A DNA stretch of 64,000 nucleotides, taken from a virus. A program made the translations under genes and the position numbers. Numbering within the stretch: the first letter of the stretch is position 1; each line of letters starts with the position of its first letter. The stretch lies in IMG/VR virus record IMGVR_UViG_3300013005_000002, positions 1 to 64,000 of that record; one strand, written 5' to 3'. The notes beneath the pieces were generated by a model. It was not told the DNA's origin. It worked only from the letters and a program-made list of their open reading frames with translations, and ran no database searches. Shown here piece after piece: positions 1-10,010 of the stretch.

Positions 1-2
1 CA

Positions 3-1754
3 ATTTGTGAGAATAACTCGGCTATCTTGCTCGATGACCGAAGCTCCTTTTATTTTTCTGTAAGAAAGTAAAGGGTCAGAAACTGTTCCTGCTGATTTTT
101 GAGGTTGAAGTAATGTTATTAAACACACGTCTTTATCCTTAGCTAAATCAGATAAACGAGCAGCATTATAACCTGAGTTAGCTGTTGCATCAGAAAAAGG
201 TCCAATTATTTTTTCAAGGTAATCAACAACTACCATTCTTAATTTTTCTCCTTTTGATTGTTGATATTCTTCAATGGCGTTTCCTAAATCTTCAACCGTT
301 GGACCTGATTGAAAATTAAATCCTACATTTTTAAAATTCTCTTCTACTATTTTAAAAGCTTCTCTTAATTCTTTAGAAGGATTTCTTTTTTTCATCATTT
401 CTAAAATCTGCATCATATCCATATTAACATATTTTTGCAAGAGTCTTGTATATAAAAGAGAATCGTACATATCAAAAGAGCCAAAAAAACAATGATTTCC
501 ATTCAATGCATTGTGTTCAACAATATTAAGAACGTGCGAAGTTTTTCCTGAACTCGGTGCGCCTAACCATCCTACCATCATCCCTGTTGTAAGAACAACA
601 TCATCGTCAATCCTGCCTATTCCAGTCAAAATTCTATTTTTATCAATATTTTCAGCAAAATACGTAAACCTATTAGAAACATCTACAATAGAAGAAACTT
701 TTAAATCTTTTTTCTCGACAGCTTCTAATTTATATTTTTCAATGGTTTTCTTTAACAAATCATTTTCTTTTTCACTGTAAATTGCACCTCTCCATGTTGG
801 AGAATATACAACTTCAATAACATTAATCCAAAGCTCGTCCGTAGATTTAGGTTCTTGTCCTGTGCGTCTAGCTTGCAATCTATTTGTTGCTTTAAGCATA
901 TTGTATGCAAGTTCTTTATTGTATCCAAGAGACTTGTAAGTTGCAGCAAGAATCATATATGCTTCATTGCGCTCACCTGCGTTAAAAAATCCTTCTTGAA
1001 GCACAAATCTAGCAGAAGACATATGCTTTGGTTTATTAGATAGATTTGGTGTATCGTTTAATGATACAGGAATTTCATCCAATGTCTTTTTTTCCTTCTT
1101 AGATAGTGTTTTAAATTGTTTAATAGAATCAGGTAGTTGTACAACATTGTTAGAATACAATTCCACTAAGTCTTGCCATTTTTCCCAGTTGTCATCTACT
1201 TTTTCTGACATAGCTTGAATTGCGTCTATAGGCATAGACGTTAATTGATCGACTGTTAATGGAATTTTAAACTTACCTGTTTCTGGATGTTTTGTAAGAG
1301 CTACTCTAAAAATTCTATTTTCATCTCTTACTTTTTTATCAAATGTTTCCAAATCTCCAGCTAAAGCGTCAATCGTACTGTCAAATTGTTGCTTTGTAAA
1401 TTCATCATTAGTTTTTAGTTCAATGTGAAATCCTTTTGAACCACTATGATATACAGCGATAATATCTTTGTGTAATCCTTTTTGGATTAGTCTTGCTGTA
1501 AGTTCTACTGCATCTTTTCTGGCTTTTTCTAAATCTTCTTTAGAATCAAAATCAAAGATGAGTTTTTTTGTAGTAAGTCCTGTGAGCCCGGCTGCTGACT
1601 TCTTTTCTTCAAATTGCTTTTTATGAGATTCATCATAAGTAAAGATAGACTCATAATATGCATCGTTTGGATTAGCTACATGGCTAGATACGTCTTCAGT
1701 AAAAGGAATCATCTTGCGGTGATTATATCCTTTAGACACAATTTTATACTTCAT
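3..1754 (-). CDS. Primase-polymerase (AEP) / DnaB-like helicase fusion, runs off the window's left edge (absent from ORF track)
   Basis: Translated by hand from the ATG at 1754 (GGAGG upstream): MKYKIVSKG... It has AEP motifs LIFDFD and HSGSKGFH, Walker A GAPSSGKT, Walker B VVVDYLE and an SF4-like KGASVIEQDS. Confidence 0.85.
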   Translation of the reverse strand, partial: MKYKIVSKGYNHRKMIPFTEDVSSHVANPNDAYYESIFTYDESHKKQFEEKKSAAGLTGLTTKKLIFDFDSKEDLEKARKDAVELTARLIQKGLHKDIIAVYHSGSKGFHIELKTNDEFTKQQFDSTIDALAGDLETFDKKVRDENRIFRVALTKHPETGKFKIPLTVDQLTSMPIDAIQAMSEKVDDNWEKWQDLVELYSNNVVQLPDSIKQFKTLSKKEKKTLDEIPVSLNDTPNLSNKPKHMSSARFVLQEGFFNAGERNEAYMILAATYKSLGYNKELAYNMLKATNRLQARRTGQEPKSTDELWINVIEVVYSPTWRGAIYSEKENDLLKKTIEKYKLEAVEKKDLKVSSIVDVSNRFTYFAENIDKNRILTGIGRIDDDVVLTTGMMVGWLGAPSSGKTSHVLNIVEHNALNGNHCFFGSFDMYDSLLYTRLLQKYVNMDMMQILEMMKKRNPSKELREAFKIVEENFKNVGFNFQSGPTVEDLGNAIEEYQQSKGEKLRMVVVDYLEKIIGPFSDATANSGYNAARLSDLAKDKDVCLITLLQPQKSAGTVSDPLLSYRKIKGASVIEQDSRVILTN

Positions 1755-1774
1755 TTTTCCTCCAGATTGTAGCA

Positions 1775-2020
1775 TTAAAATTCCTTCCATTGAGCGTTTC
1801 TAAGACATTCAATATTATCATTATAGTATACAAAATTCTTTATATCAATATTTTCTACTTTACATTTATCAATTACCCAAGATTTTTCAAATCCCATATT
1901 CCAAATAGTTAAATTATATAGATAATCACCATTTAATTTCTTGACATTTGTTACTTCATAACATACGTCTTTTGCTTGCTTGTGTTTGATGTAAAATCCA
2001 ATAAGACATTCTGGTAGCAT
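1775..2020 (-). CDS. Hypothetical protein
   Basis: ORF track; GAGGT SD; in operon orientation. Confidence 0.6.
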   Translation of the reverse strand: MLPECLIGFYIKHKQAKDVCYEVTNVKKLNGDYLYNLTIWNMGFEKSWVIDKCKVENIDIKNFVYYNDNIECLRNAQWKEF

Positions 2021-2050
2021 ATAATCACCTCTCTCCTTAGTTTAGCATAT

Positions 2051-2092
2051 AAAAAAAGGCATTGCAACAGTGGAGGAGACTATTACAATGCC
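2051..2092 (-). terminator. Probable intrinsic terminator
   Basis: GGCATTG..AGT/ACT..CAATGCC stem followed on the minus strand by a T7 run. Confidence 0.6.
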
Positions 2093-2123
2093 CCAAGGTT
2101 ATGGCAGCCTTGACATGGAAGAC

Positions 2124-2438
2124 TTATTTAAGTTTTGCTTTAATAAAGGAAACAATTCCCCATTCTTTTTGCTGCTCAAGATTAGCTAGAATCTTTTCTG
2201 CTGTCTCAGATTTAAGCTTGCCTTCTTCAGCTAAAGAATTTACTTTTGCGATTTCATCTTCTACTTTATTTACATAAAGAAATACTCCGGTTTTACCGTT
2301 GTACTCAGAAGTCTCAAATTGAACTTCTTTACCATCCAAGAACATTTTAAGTCCTTTAGCTGGCTTTGCTGTTACACTATTCTTATTCTTTTTAAAAGAA
2401 AAAATAGTTACTGGATAGTTATTGCTCTGTTGTGACAT
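2124..2438 (-). CDS. Hypothetical protein (replication/recombination module)
   Basis: ORF track; AGGAG SD. Confidence 0.6.
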   Translation of the reverse strand: MSQQSNNYPVTIFSFKKNKNSVTAKPAKGLKMFLDGKEVQFETSEYNGKTGVFLYVNKVEDEIAKVNSLAEEGKLKSETAEKILANLEQQKEWGIVSFIKAKLK

Positions 2439-2787
2439 TTGTATCTCCTTGGGAATTTTCTTCCTCTTGTTTATTTTGTTTAACTGCTAAAATTGTATTT
2501 CTCATATCTAAAAGCTGTCCTAGATAGCCACCAAACTTGGCTTCTTTTTCATTCACTAATCTAGGGGCTAATCCAGAATCAACTCCAATATCTACAGCAT
2601 TAAACAATCCTCGGATTAGTTCTCTTGCTGATAATGAGTGTGATTCACTAAGAAGCGTCTTATAAAGATTATTGTACTTCATTTCAAATACTTCTGCAAG
2701 CTCTGAAAATTTTACATCTTTGCCTGTAGCTTCTTTAAGTTTTTGTTCTACAATTTGTTCTGTTGTAAGTTTAGATTCTTCAGACAT
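2419..2787 (-). CDS. Hypothetical protein
   Basis: ORF track; coupled to ERF gene. Confidence 0.6.
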   Translation of the reverse strand: MSEESKLTTEQIVEQKLKEATGKDVKFSELAEVFEMKYNNLYKTLLSESHSLSARELIRGLFNAVDIGVDSGLAPRLVNEKEAKFGGYLGQLLDMRNTILAVKQNKQEEENSQGDTNVTTEQ

Positions 2788-3359
2788 TAGAATACATCTC
2801 CTTGTGGAGCAGCGGCTGTGGGTTTAGGTTTACGCTTAAATCCTCCTGAAGTAGGTACTGTTGCTTCCTCTTTACTGACAACAGCGACATTTGTCACTGC
2901 TTGTCCGGATACTGATAATGTACCGGAAATTGGAATATTAGTATTAATAGAAGCTGCTGTATTTTGAGGTTTTCTTGCCATATTGCCTTCAGCGTCGTCG
3001 TCAACCGCTCCAACATTAAACATTGATTGTAGTCCATACCGACGAGCATAAGAAATTGCAGAACCGTATGCTTGAGGATCATTTACTTTTGCACAAACAA
3101 CTTCTGTGTCTGCTGTATAATTTTCTCCAGATTCATGCAGAACTGTAGTGCGAATAACCGATTTACCAGAATCCAAAAGAATTACCGGTTGTAATACTGC
3201 TAATTTATTTTTAGTAAGGGCTGGCATAATAGCTTCTCTTACTGCATTTAAATCTGCATACTTTGATTTAAAGAAAGGATTTTTTGCATCTTTAACTGCA
3301 TCTGTCATTTCCGCTTGTGATGATACTAATGCCTTAGCAAGATTAGCTCCGAATGTCAT
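2787..3359 (-). CDS. ERF-family single-strand annealing protein
   Basis: KNPFFKSKYADL and PQAYGSAISYARRYGL..DDDAEG signatures; start moved to MTFGA (3359) after AGGAG. Confidence 0.9.
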   Translation of the reverse strand: MTFGANLAKALVSSQAEMTDAVKDAKNPFFKSKYADLNAVREAIMPALTKNKLAVLQPVILLDSGKSVIRTTVLHESGENYTADTEVVCAKVNDPQAYGSAISYARRYGLQSMFNVGAVDDDAEGNMARKPQNTAASINTNIPISGTLSVSGQAVTNVAVVSKEEATVPTSGGFKRKPKPTAAAPQGDVF

Positions 3360-3927
3360 TTTGTCTCCTTGTTTTGTTTTTAATAAGATTACTAATATAA
3401 GCTCGACAACCGTTAAACTTTTTAGCAATATTTTTTATACTTATACCATTATTATATAAGTTTTTCATAGTGTCAATATCTAAATCGCTATATTTAAAAT
3501 ATCCTAAAGCTGCTGTATTTCTTTTGAAAAGTTTATTATCTCTGGCGTGTTTTAGATTTTCATATCTAGTTAACCATTCTAAATTGTATATAGAATTATC
3601 GTTTTTATTACCATTAATATGATTTGCTTCTAAAAATTGTTGAACCTCATCGTAAAATCCATAAAAAGATTCACAAACTGCTCTAGAAACCATATATGAT
3701 CTACGACCTCTTCCATCGTTAAATACAATATTAGTCATATAATAACCTTGTTTGTTTTTATGCAAAGAATATAATTTATCTGTCAATAATCCTTTAATTC
3801 TACCATAGTTAGAAACTAAAACTGAATCACTACGAGGATGTAGTACCCAAACCTCTTTATCTTTAGAAAAGTGATTGATTGTTGCATTTCTCATTTTCTT
3901 TCTAATTTCTAAATCAGGGAAATACAC
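3343..3927 (-). CDS. HNH homing endonuclease (NUMOD4-type)
   Basis: VSNYGRIK; NHINGNKNDNSIYNLEW..EN.KHA; C-terminal HTH. Confidence 0.85.
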   Translation of the reverse strand: MYFPDLEIRKKMRNATINHFSKDKEVWVLHPRSDSVLVSNYGRIKGLLTDKLYSLHKNKQGYYMTNIVFNDGRGRRSYMVSRAVCESFYGFYDEVQQFLEANHINGNKNDNSIYNLEWLTRYENLKHARDNKLFKRNTAALGYFKYSDLDIDTMKNLYNNGISIKNIAKKFNGCRAYISNLIKNKTRRQNDIRS

Positions 3928-4151
3928 TATTTCTCCTTTAATGATTTTTCTAATAATTGACGTAATTCAATTTCAGCTTTAAGCATAATCTTTAATTTAC
4001 TTGCTGTCAAGCTATCTTTTTTAATTACTTTAGTTTCACCAGTCTCACTTGAATGCTCGACTAGGCTTAGTGTATATTTACCTTTGTTACCAGTAATGAT
4101 AACACCCACTCCATCCATTTCTACTTCTTTTGTTTCTTTACTTTTTTTCAT
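3927..4151 (-). CDS. Hypothetical protein
   Basis: ORF track; overlaps both neighbours. Confidence 0.6.
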   Translation of the reverse strand: MKKSKETKEVEMDGVGVIITGNKGKYTLSLVEHSSETGETKVIKKDSLTASKLKIMLKAEIELRQLLEKSLKEK

Positions 4152-4983
4152 AATTTACTTCCTTTAATCCTGTTGTTTTACCTTCGTGACAATAACTATA
4201 ATACTGACACTTGCCATAAATTCCCATACAAGCTTGATGATTTTTATCAAACTGTGCAAGCTTTACGCCCATTAATGTATTATTAAAGTTTTCATGAGTT
4301 TTGTCAATAGTATTCTGTGGAATATTATCAATAATTACTTCAATTTTTACTAATGGTTTCTTCTGTTTATTTACTTTCTTTGGAATAACAATGTATCCAC
4401 AGGCATCCAAGTTGTACTCTTCTTTTAGTGCATCATAGTATATAGCAAGCTGATTGGATTCTTTTACTGAATTTTGGTCATACTTTACGCTGGATGTCTT
4501 GTTATCAAAAAGAATGCGTCTACCATCATGCCATACTGCAATAAAATCAGTTTTAATTACTAGCTCATCCCCTTGGTCATTGTGCATAGATTCATTTATC
4601 TGGACTTTAACTACTTCCTTAATTAAAGGCATAATTTGCTCATGGTACTCAGTGATAAGTATCTCACCCTTTTTAAGCCATGAGTAGTAGCCCCGGTCTG
4701 AGTCTTTTTTAATTTCTATTCCTTCTAGCAAGTGTTCTTCTACATCACTTTTGGAATATATAATATTCCCAGCCTTAGCTACTTCTTGCCATCTTTCTTT
4801 AAACTTTTGAATAGATGTTGGTAAGTCGCGTGTTTCAAGTAAATGATTGAGCCCGCAGTCCACAGCATCGCCAATTTTTAAGGCAGACTTCTCTTCAGTT
4901 GCTCGAAGCTTTAACATATAGTTTAAAAACCATTTGTAGCGGCATTCGAGATAAAGGGAAACTGAAGAATGGGATAATTTCAT
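4138..4983 (-). CDS. PD-(D/E)XK exonuclease (Cas4/RecB-like)
   Basis: LSHSS..YLEC; D..LFDNKT; QLAIY; C-terminal C..C...C cluster. Confidence 0.85.
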   Translation of the reverse strand: MKLSHSSVSLYLECRYKWFLNYMLKLRATEEKSALKIGDAVDCGLNHLLETRDLPTSIQKFKERWQEVAKAGNIIYSKSDVEEHLLEGIEIKKDSDRGYYSWLKKGEILITEYHEQIMPLIKEVVKVQINESMHNDQGDELVIKTDFIAVWHDGRRILFDNKTSSVKYDQNSVKESNQLAIYYDALKEEYNLDACGYIVIPKKVNKQKKPLVKIEVIIDNIPQNTIDKTHENFNNTLMGVKLAQFDKNHQACMGIYGKCQYYSYCHEGKTTGLKEVNYEKK

Positions 4984-5119
4984 TTATTTCTCATTTTTTC
5001 TATATTATTATCAATAGAAATTACTCTAGTTGTAATAGTATTTAAACTTTTATTAAGGTTTTGAAGGTCAGAAGCAATACTAAAAAGAAAAATTATAATA
5101 ACATATAAAGCAAAATCTT

Positions 5120-5686
5120 TCATCCGCTACCCATCCAGTATTTATTAGTTCTTCTGTAATTAGGGAAAGATTCATTTTTATATGCAAAAAATTTATCTTC
5201 CCATAAAATCATGTTATTAGGATATGCTACTAAATGTCCTGTGTCAAGCGCAAATATATTATGTGTTTTATGCTGGCTTGGCTCTTCTGTCAGTCCTTCA
5301 CCAAGATAATCTATTGTAAATAGGTAATTTCCTTGATGTTTTTCTTTACCAATACTAGCTTTAGCATTCTTTAGTAAATCATATGTAATTACGTTTATAT
5401 CGCCTTCTAAGCAAGAAAATGGCTGGGCTTCTTCAATTTCTAATGGAGGAGCATCGTAATTGATTGGATTGAATCTGTCACAGTATATCGCAGTAATAGG
5501 AAGCCCCGACCATGAGGCTCCAGTCTGAAGATATACAGTAAATAATAATGGTCTTCCTGGGATAGATTTTACCGCTACTAAATACGCATCTTCCAATCCA
5601 GACTCCGCTCCGTCTGTAAGATACGTCTTACACACTTTAACATTTATGGATGGAAGATTTTGTATAAACATATTAATTAAATTCAT
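5120..5686 (-). CDS. Conserved hypothetical phage protein
   Basis: ORF track, 188 aa. Confidence 0.65.
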   Translation of the reverse strand: MNLINMFIQNLPSINVKVCKTYLTDGAESGLEDAYLVAVKSIPGRPLLFTVYLQTGASWSGLPITAIYCDRFNPINYDAPPLEIEEAQPFSCLEGDINVITYDLLKNAKASIGKEKHQGNYLFTIDYLGEGLTEEPSQHKTHNIFALDTGHLVAYPNNMILWEDKFFAYKNESFPNYRRTNKYWMGSG

Positions 5687-6137
5687 TAGGAATACCTAAG
5701 AACATCTCCCTTATGTAGTTATGCTTAAACATTTGATAAAGATTGCCTGAGAAGTGATACGTATTCATTATTGACACTGGATATCCTTCTGGTGAGTTTA
5801 CTGTATCATTGTGTTTTAATCTCAAAACACAATGACCTAACTCGTGATACACCACTTGTTCTATATCGTAAAATAATTCTTGGCTTACATAATATTGATG
5901 ATAAGATTCATTTATTGTTATAATTGGTGTTTTTGTATATTCACATAATCCTACTAAATTTTTATCTAAATATCCAATTCTTAATATTAAGTTATTAATA
6001 TTTATTATTACTCCTAAAGATGCAGCATCGGAAATAAAAGAATCAACATATGGTTGAAGTCGATAATCAATTGACACTTGATTTTTATGAGCACAAGAAG
6101 AACAAAATAGGATTATAGCTAATAAAATAGTCTTCAT
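5673..6137 (-). CDS. Putative lipoprotein zinc metallopeptidase
   Basis: Signal peptide/lipobox-like FCSSC; HELGHCVLRLKH and SIM Met-turn (metzincin-like). Confidence 0.75.
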   Translation of the reverse strand: MKTILLAIILFCSSCAHKNQVSIDYRLQPYVDSFISDAASLGVIININNLILRIGYLDKNLVGLCEYTKTPIITINESYHQYYVSQELFYDIEQVVYHELGHCVLRLKHNDTVNSPEGYPVSIMNTYHFSGNLYQMFKHNYIREMFLGIPNEFN

Positions 6138-6146
6138 TATCTATTT

Positions 6147-6175
6147 ATTGTATATTTATATAAGCGATAAGTCAA
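6147..6175 (-). promoter_or_regulatory. sigma70-type promoter
   Basis: TTGACT-N17-TACAAT. Confidence 0.7.
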
Positions 6176-6177
6176 AT

Positions 6178-6206
6178 AAAAAAAGCCTAGTGGTTAGCTA
6201 GGCTTT
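6178..6206 (-). terminator. Intrinsic terminator downstream of RNR gene
   Basis: AAAGCCTAG-loop-CTAGGCTTT followed by a T-run on the minus strand. Confidence 0.8.
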
Positions 6207-6233
6207 AGTGGGTCAAGGTGTGCGTGTTTAAAT

Positions 6234-6262
6234 ATAATATATCAGTAAAAGAGTAATGTCAA
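6234..6262 (-). promoter_or_regulatory. sigma70-type promoter
   Basis: TTGACA-N17-TATTAT. Confidence 0.6.
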
Positions 6263-6267
6263 TAAGA

Positions 6268-8142
6268 TTATACAATCTCACAGGCCCCTCCTGCGCAAGA
6301 AATCGTCTCTATTCTGTTATTAGTGTCTCTTTCTTCTTTAATTTGTCTCAAGTCAACTTCTTTAATAAGCTTTGACATTTCAATAAATTTATCTTCTGTG
6401 CAGTCCTCAAATGGAGCCTGTAAATAAGTTCCACCGTTAAAGGGTAATAAACTAATCCCAGAATAAGAATCTCTATGATTCCACATCTCAAGCTTTAGTT
6501 GGTCCCATTCTTCTTCTTTAACGCTAATAGTTACAGACACATTATGGTGATTATCTCCATAGCGATATCCTTCTTCTACCCAGTTCTTTCTATAAGATAA
6601 GGTTCTGTCTAAAAGCGAGAATGCTGTTTCCTTGTGTCTTGTAATTGCATCTTTTGGAGACATCTGCGGAATACTTAATACAATACCCGTAGAGCTAAAA
6701 ACGTCATCCTCTACTAATTCAGGAATTGTATTTTTAAGATACACAGCAAGTGCGTCATCTTTATTCATTCTAATTCTTCGGATATAGTATTCAGAGTGTC
6801 TGGCATGAATTCCGCTGGAACTGGACAAAACGCATGAGCTAGAGCCTTCAGGTTTAATCGCTGTTGTTCTAGCTGCAAGGTTAATTCCCATCTTTTTAGC
6901 ATACTTTTCATTTACTTCTAAAACAAGCTTAGCTCCTTTTTGTAAAAGCTCTGAAGTAACAATACTTCCAGCATCAGCAATACCAGTAAAGCTTACACCT
7001 AGTAGTGCTTCTTTTTCTGTAGTCTCTCTCCATGATTTTCTTAAGTATCCAAAGTCTGTGTATGATGCTTGGAGTGTACCGATAAGAGATGCAGCGTAAA
7101 CTCTGTTTAAAAAATCCTTTTCTGATTTAATACCAGTTTGATTAATTGTAGTTAAGTTACAAAACTGCATAGAGTTTAGTGATATCTCACAGCATGGATT
7201 TGTACCAAGGTCTAAGTTATTAGTCCAGTAAAATCCAGGCTCTCCACTGCCAGACTTTTGACAAATTTCAAAGATAGAATTAAATTCTTCTTGTGTTACT
7301 TCACCTCTAGGCAATACTGCAGAGTTGTTGGACCTTGCTCTCCATGGAGCATGATTCCACCATTCACCACTCTTTGAATAAAGCATATCTTTATCATCTC
7401 TATCAAATAAACTAATCAACGCTGCTCTTCTGATTCCACCAGCAAGTACTGCATCTGAAATGATACAAATAATATCATGACACTCAATGCTACTAAGTGT
7501 TCTACCTACAGCTACTTTTAGTTTGGATTCTACTAGTTCTAGCATTTTCTTTAATGGTTCAGGACCAGGGGCGCTTGCACCTGTAGTTACTAAGTATGCA
7601 CCTTTAGGTCTAATATTTCCAAAATTAAACTGTGGTTTAATTCTTCCCAAGAAGTATGCATCCATAAGCATATCCAAAGCTTGAGCCCATCCTGAAATAG
7701 AATCATGACATACAAAGTATCCTTCTTCTCTAGGCTTTTGGATTCTTGGTAAATTTTTAATGTGTCTATTTTGTACAGAGAATCCTACACCTACTCCAGA
7801 AAGTAGTAGAAAAAGAATCTCACCAAATACGCGCTCATCTGAAACATTTACAAAAGAACAATTATATTGTCTAGCATTGTTTTTTAGAATAGGGTCTCCA
7901 GAAAACTGTAAGGCTCTCATGCTTGGCATTACTTCTAGCGCATGAACTTTTTGGTATGACTTAACAATATCTTTAGATAGCCCAGGAAATCTATCCAAGT
8001 GCATATTCATATTTCTATTTATAGTTTCAGCTAAAGATTCACGCCTACCTAAATGTGAAATAAATTTAGCATAAGTTCTATATGCTACCGTATCAGATAT
8101 AAGTTTATTAGAAATGGCTTGAAGATTTTTCAAGTCAGACAT
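6268..8142 (-). CDS. nrdJ: Class II (B12-dependent, RTPR-type) ribonucleotide reductase
   Basis: YNCSF, GVGVGFS, GGIRRAALI, TNPCCEI, FCNLT, KPEGS, C-terminal CAGGACEI; no small subunit gene nearby. Confidence 0.9.
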   Translation of the reverse strand: MSDLKNLQAISNKLISDTVAYRTYAKFISHLGRRESLAETINRNMNMHLDRFPGLSKDIVKSYQKVHALEVMPSMRALQFSGDPILKNNARQYNCSFVNVSDERVFGEILFLLLSGVGVGFSVQNRHIKNLPRIQKPREEGYFVCHDSISGWAQALDMLMDAYFLGRIKPQFNFGNIRPKGAYLVTTGASAPGPEPLKKMLELVESKLKVAVGRTLSSIECHDIICIISDAVLAGGIRRAALISLFDRDDKDMLYSKSGEWWNHAPWRARSNNSAVLPRGEVTQEEFNSIFEICQKSGSGEPGFYWTNNLDLGTNPCCEISLNSMQFCNLTTINQTGIKSEKDFLNRVYAASLIGTLQASYTDFGYLRKSWRETTEKEALLGVSFTGIADAGSIVTSELLQKGAKLVLEVNEKYAKKMGINLAARTTAIKPEGSSSCVLSSSSGIHARHSEYYIRRIRMNKDDALAVYLKNTIPELVEDDVFSSTGIVLSIPQMSPKDAITRHKETAFSLLDRTLSYRKNWVEEGYRYGDNHHNVSVTISVKEEEWDQLKLEMWNHRDSYSGISLLPFNGGTYLQAPFEDCTEDKFIEMSKLIKEVDLRQIKEERDTNNRIETISCAGGACEIV

Positions 8143-8189
8143 ATTCCCCCTTAAAATGTAATGTTAAAATGTGAACAAGATACCTAAAT

Positions 8190-8218
8190 AATATACACTA
8201 AATCCAATACAAAAGCAA
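8190..8218 (-). promoter_or_regulatory. sigma70-type promoter for nrdJ
   Basis: TTGCTT-N17-TATATT. Confidence 0.6.
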
Positions 8219-8248
8219 CAAAATAAAAGAAAAACTAATTCTTTTATA

Positions 8249-8446
8249 TTAGTCATCAAACACACTATCTGTTGAATTTCTTTGAGGAAATTCAAGTTTT
8301 ACATCAGGCTGTAATATAGACATTACGGCTTCAATCCAAGCTAAAGATACTTGTAGTTCTCCAGGTACATCGTATGTTGTACCATTGCGATAGTTTTGTT
8401 TAGCCATTTCATTAATTTTATTTATTTGTTCATTAGTTATTTTCAT
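8249..8446 (-). CDS. Hypothetical protein (MKITNEQ...)
   Basis: ORF track with the start moved to ATG 8446. Confidence 0.55.
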   Translation of the reverse strand: MKITNEQINKINEMAKQNYRNGTTYDVPGELQVSLAWIEAVMSILQPDVKLEFPQRNSTDSVFDD

Positions 8447-8606
8447 AAAAAACGCTCCAATATATATTAAACGCAATCTGATAATCTAAAATAAGTTCAA
8501 GTGGATAAAAAACTTTAATAAATTCATATGATGTATTTAAATGTGAGTATAAAATAGGTTCATACATGTCATAAAAACCAAAATCAATATTTTTATATTT
8601 TCTCAT
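8433..8606 (-). CDS. MKKY-family microprotein, 57 aa
   Basis: MRKYKNIDFGFYDMYEPILYSHLNTSYEFIKVFYPLELILDYQIAFNIYWSVFYENN; ATGA overlap with upstream ORF. Confidence 0.75.
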   Translation of the reverse strand: MRKYKNIDFGFYDMYEPILYSHLNTSYEFIKVFYPLELILDYQIAFNIYWSVFYENN

Positions 8607-8767
8607 GTAAAAAATCCAAAAAAATGATAAGTATAAAATTCAAAAAGTTTAAAATTTTGTGTTATTTTAAATTTCATTACATCATCCCAATATTTTTTAT
8701 ATAAAATATGTCTAAGATTAGGTGAAGAAATTTTATTAACAGTAAATATTATTTTATATTTTCTCAT
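8603..8767 (-). CDS. MKKY-family microprotein, 54 aa
   Basis: MRKYKIIFTVNKISSPNLRHILYKKYWDDVMKFKITQNFKLFEFYTYHFFGFFT; upstream ORF ends NEKI* inside the motif. Confidence 0.75.
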   Translation of the reverse strand: MRKYKIIFTVNKISSPNLRHILYKKYWDDVMKFKITQNFKLFEFYTYHFFGFFT

Positions 8768-9197
8768 TATTCCACTTTACTTGACACATTTTAAAAGCTT
8801 TATCTTCATCTATCTTCTTCATCGTTTCACTAATCACACAATTATTATAAAAAACCGCGCATTCATATGTCATATTTTTACTTGGTTCATTTAAACATAC
8901 ATTTGCAATAAGTGTAAGTAAAATTTTGCTCATTTTTTTATCCTATTGCATATTACTTCTGGCGTATTATATGCATTCCATACAGACATAAACATTAATC
9001 CAAGAATAAATGCACTAGACACTAAAAATGTTTGCTTACTCATAGTTCACCCACTTCAATCCAAGCGTCAGTTAATACCATAAATAATTTCATATCTTCT
9101 TGTATTTTTAAACATACTTTAGTAGTAAGTAAGCCTAGTATATCTTTTTCTGGATTATAGTATATTTTCAAAGTGTATTCCTTGGTACAATATTATT

Positions 9198-10010
9198 TTA
9201 ATTACGTTCATTAGAGATGACAGTTCCATTATTACTAATAGTAAAGCGACAATTAGTATTATCTGTTGTTATAAAATTTCCATTAGTTAATATCACAAAT
9301 CTTGTATTTCTACCTTCTATGTTTTCACTGAAACTTGCTAAATATTTTCCATTAGATAATTTTAAAAACACTTCGTTATACGCACCTTGGGCTCCACAAG
9401 GATCATAAATTTCAACAATGTTATTATATCCTTGTAAAATTGCTAGCTGGACTAGAATAGAATTCATTTGGGTTTGTAAGTAAGTAACATTACTTTGGAC
9501 AGACATATTGTTAGATTCCAAAGAGTTTACTTGTAGTTGTAATGCATTTAGTTGAACCTGAGTAATTGAGCTTTGATTGCTTAGACTTGTAAGTATTGTG
9601 TTAGTCATACTCAAATTATTTTGTAAATTATTAATAGACATTAATAAAAGAGACGTATTTTCTTCTGCTGCATTAATTTTACCTTCTAATACTGAAGTTA
9701 CTGACATTGTAGAAGTTATCTGAGAAGAAAGAGAGTCAAGTTGAGATTGTAAATCTACACTGTTGGCATTCAAAGCTAATAAACCAGAATTAATAGTGTC
9801 GATTCTTCCGTTTATATTAGATCCTTGTAAAATTAATGCTTCATCTAAAGCAACTAGTTGTGTCTGAGTGGACATATATTGTGACTCAAGTTGTGTTACT
9901 CTGGATTTTAAATCATCAATTTGATTTTGTAAGTAATTTGGATTAAATTTCTTCTGGCTACATCCCGATAAAATTATAATTATTGATACTAATAGAGATA
10001 TATTTTTCAT
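9198..10010 (-). CDS. Lipoprotein with long coiled coil and C-terminal Cys-containing beta domain
   Basis: Lipobox LSGC; heptad repeats; DPCG...TTD..C. Confidence 0.75.
   Translation of the reverse strand: MKNISLLVSIIIILSGCSQKKFNPNYLQNQIDDLKSRVTQLESQYMSTQTQLVALDEALILQGSNINGRIDTINSGLLALNANSVDLQSQLDSLSSQITSTMSVTSVLEGKINAAEENTSLLLMSINNLQNNLSMTNTILTSLSNQSSITQVQLNALQLQVNSLESNNMSVQSNVTYLQTQMNSILVQLAILQGYNNIVEIYDPCGAQGAYNEVFLKLSNGKYLASFSENIEGRNTRFVILTNGNFITTDNTNCRFTISNNGTVISNERN

Noticed and set aside
511-1043. Short ORFs in the track at 511-1043
   Set aside because: They are shadows of the long primase-helicase ORF, which the track missed because it runs off the window edge.
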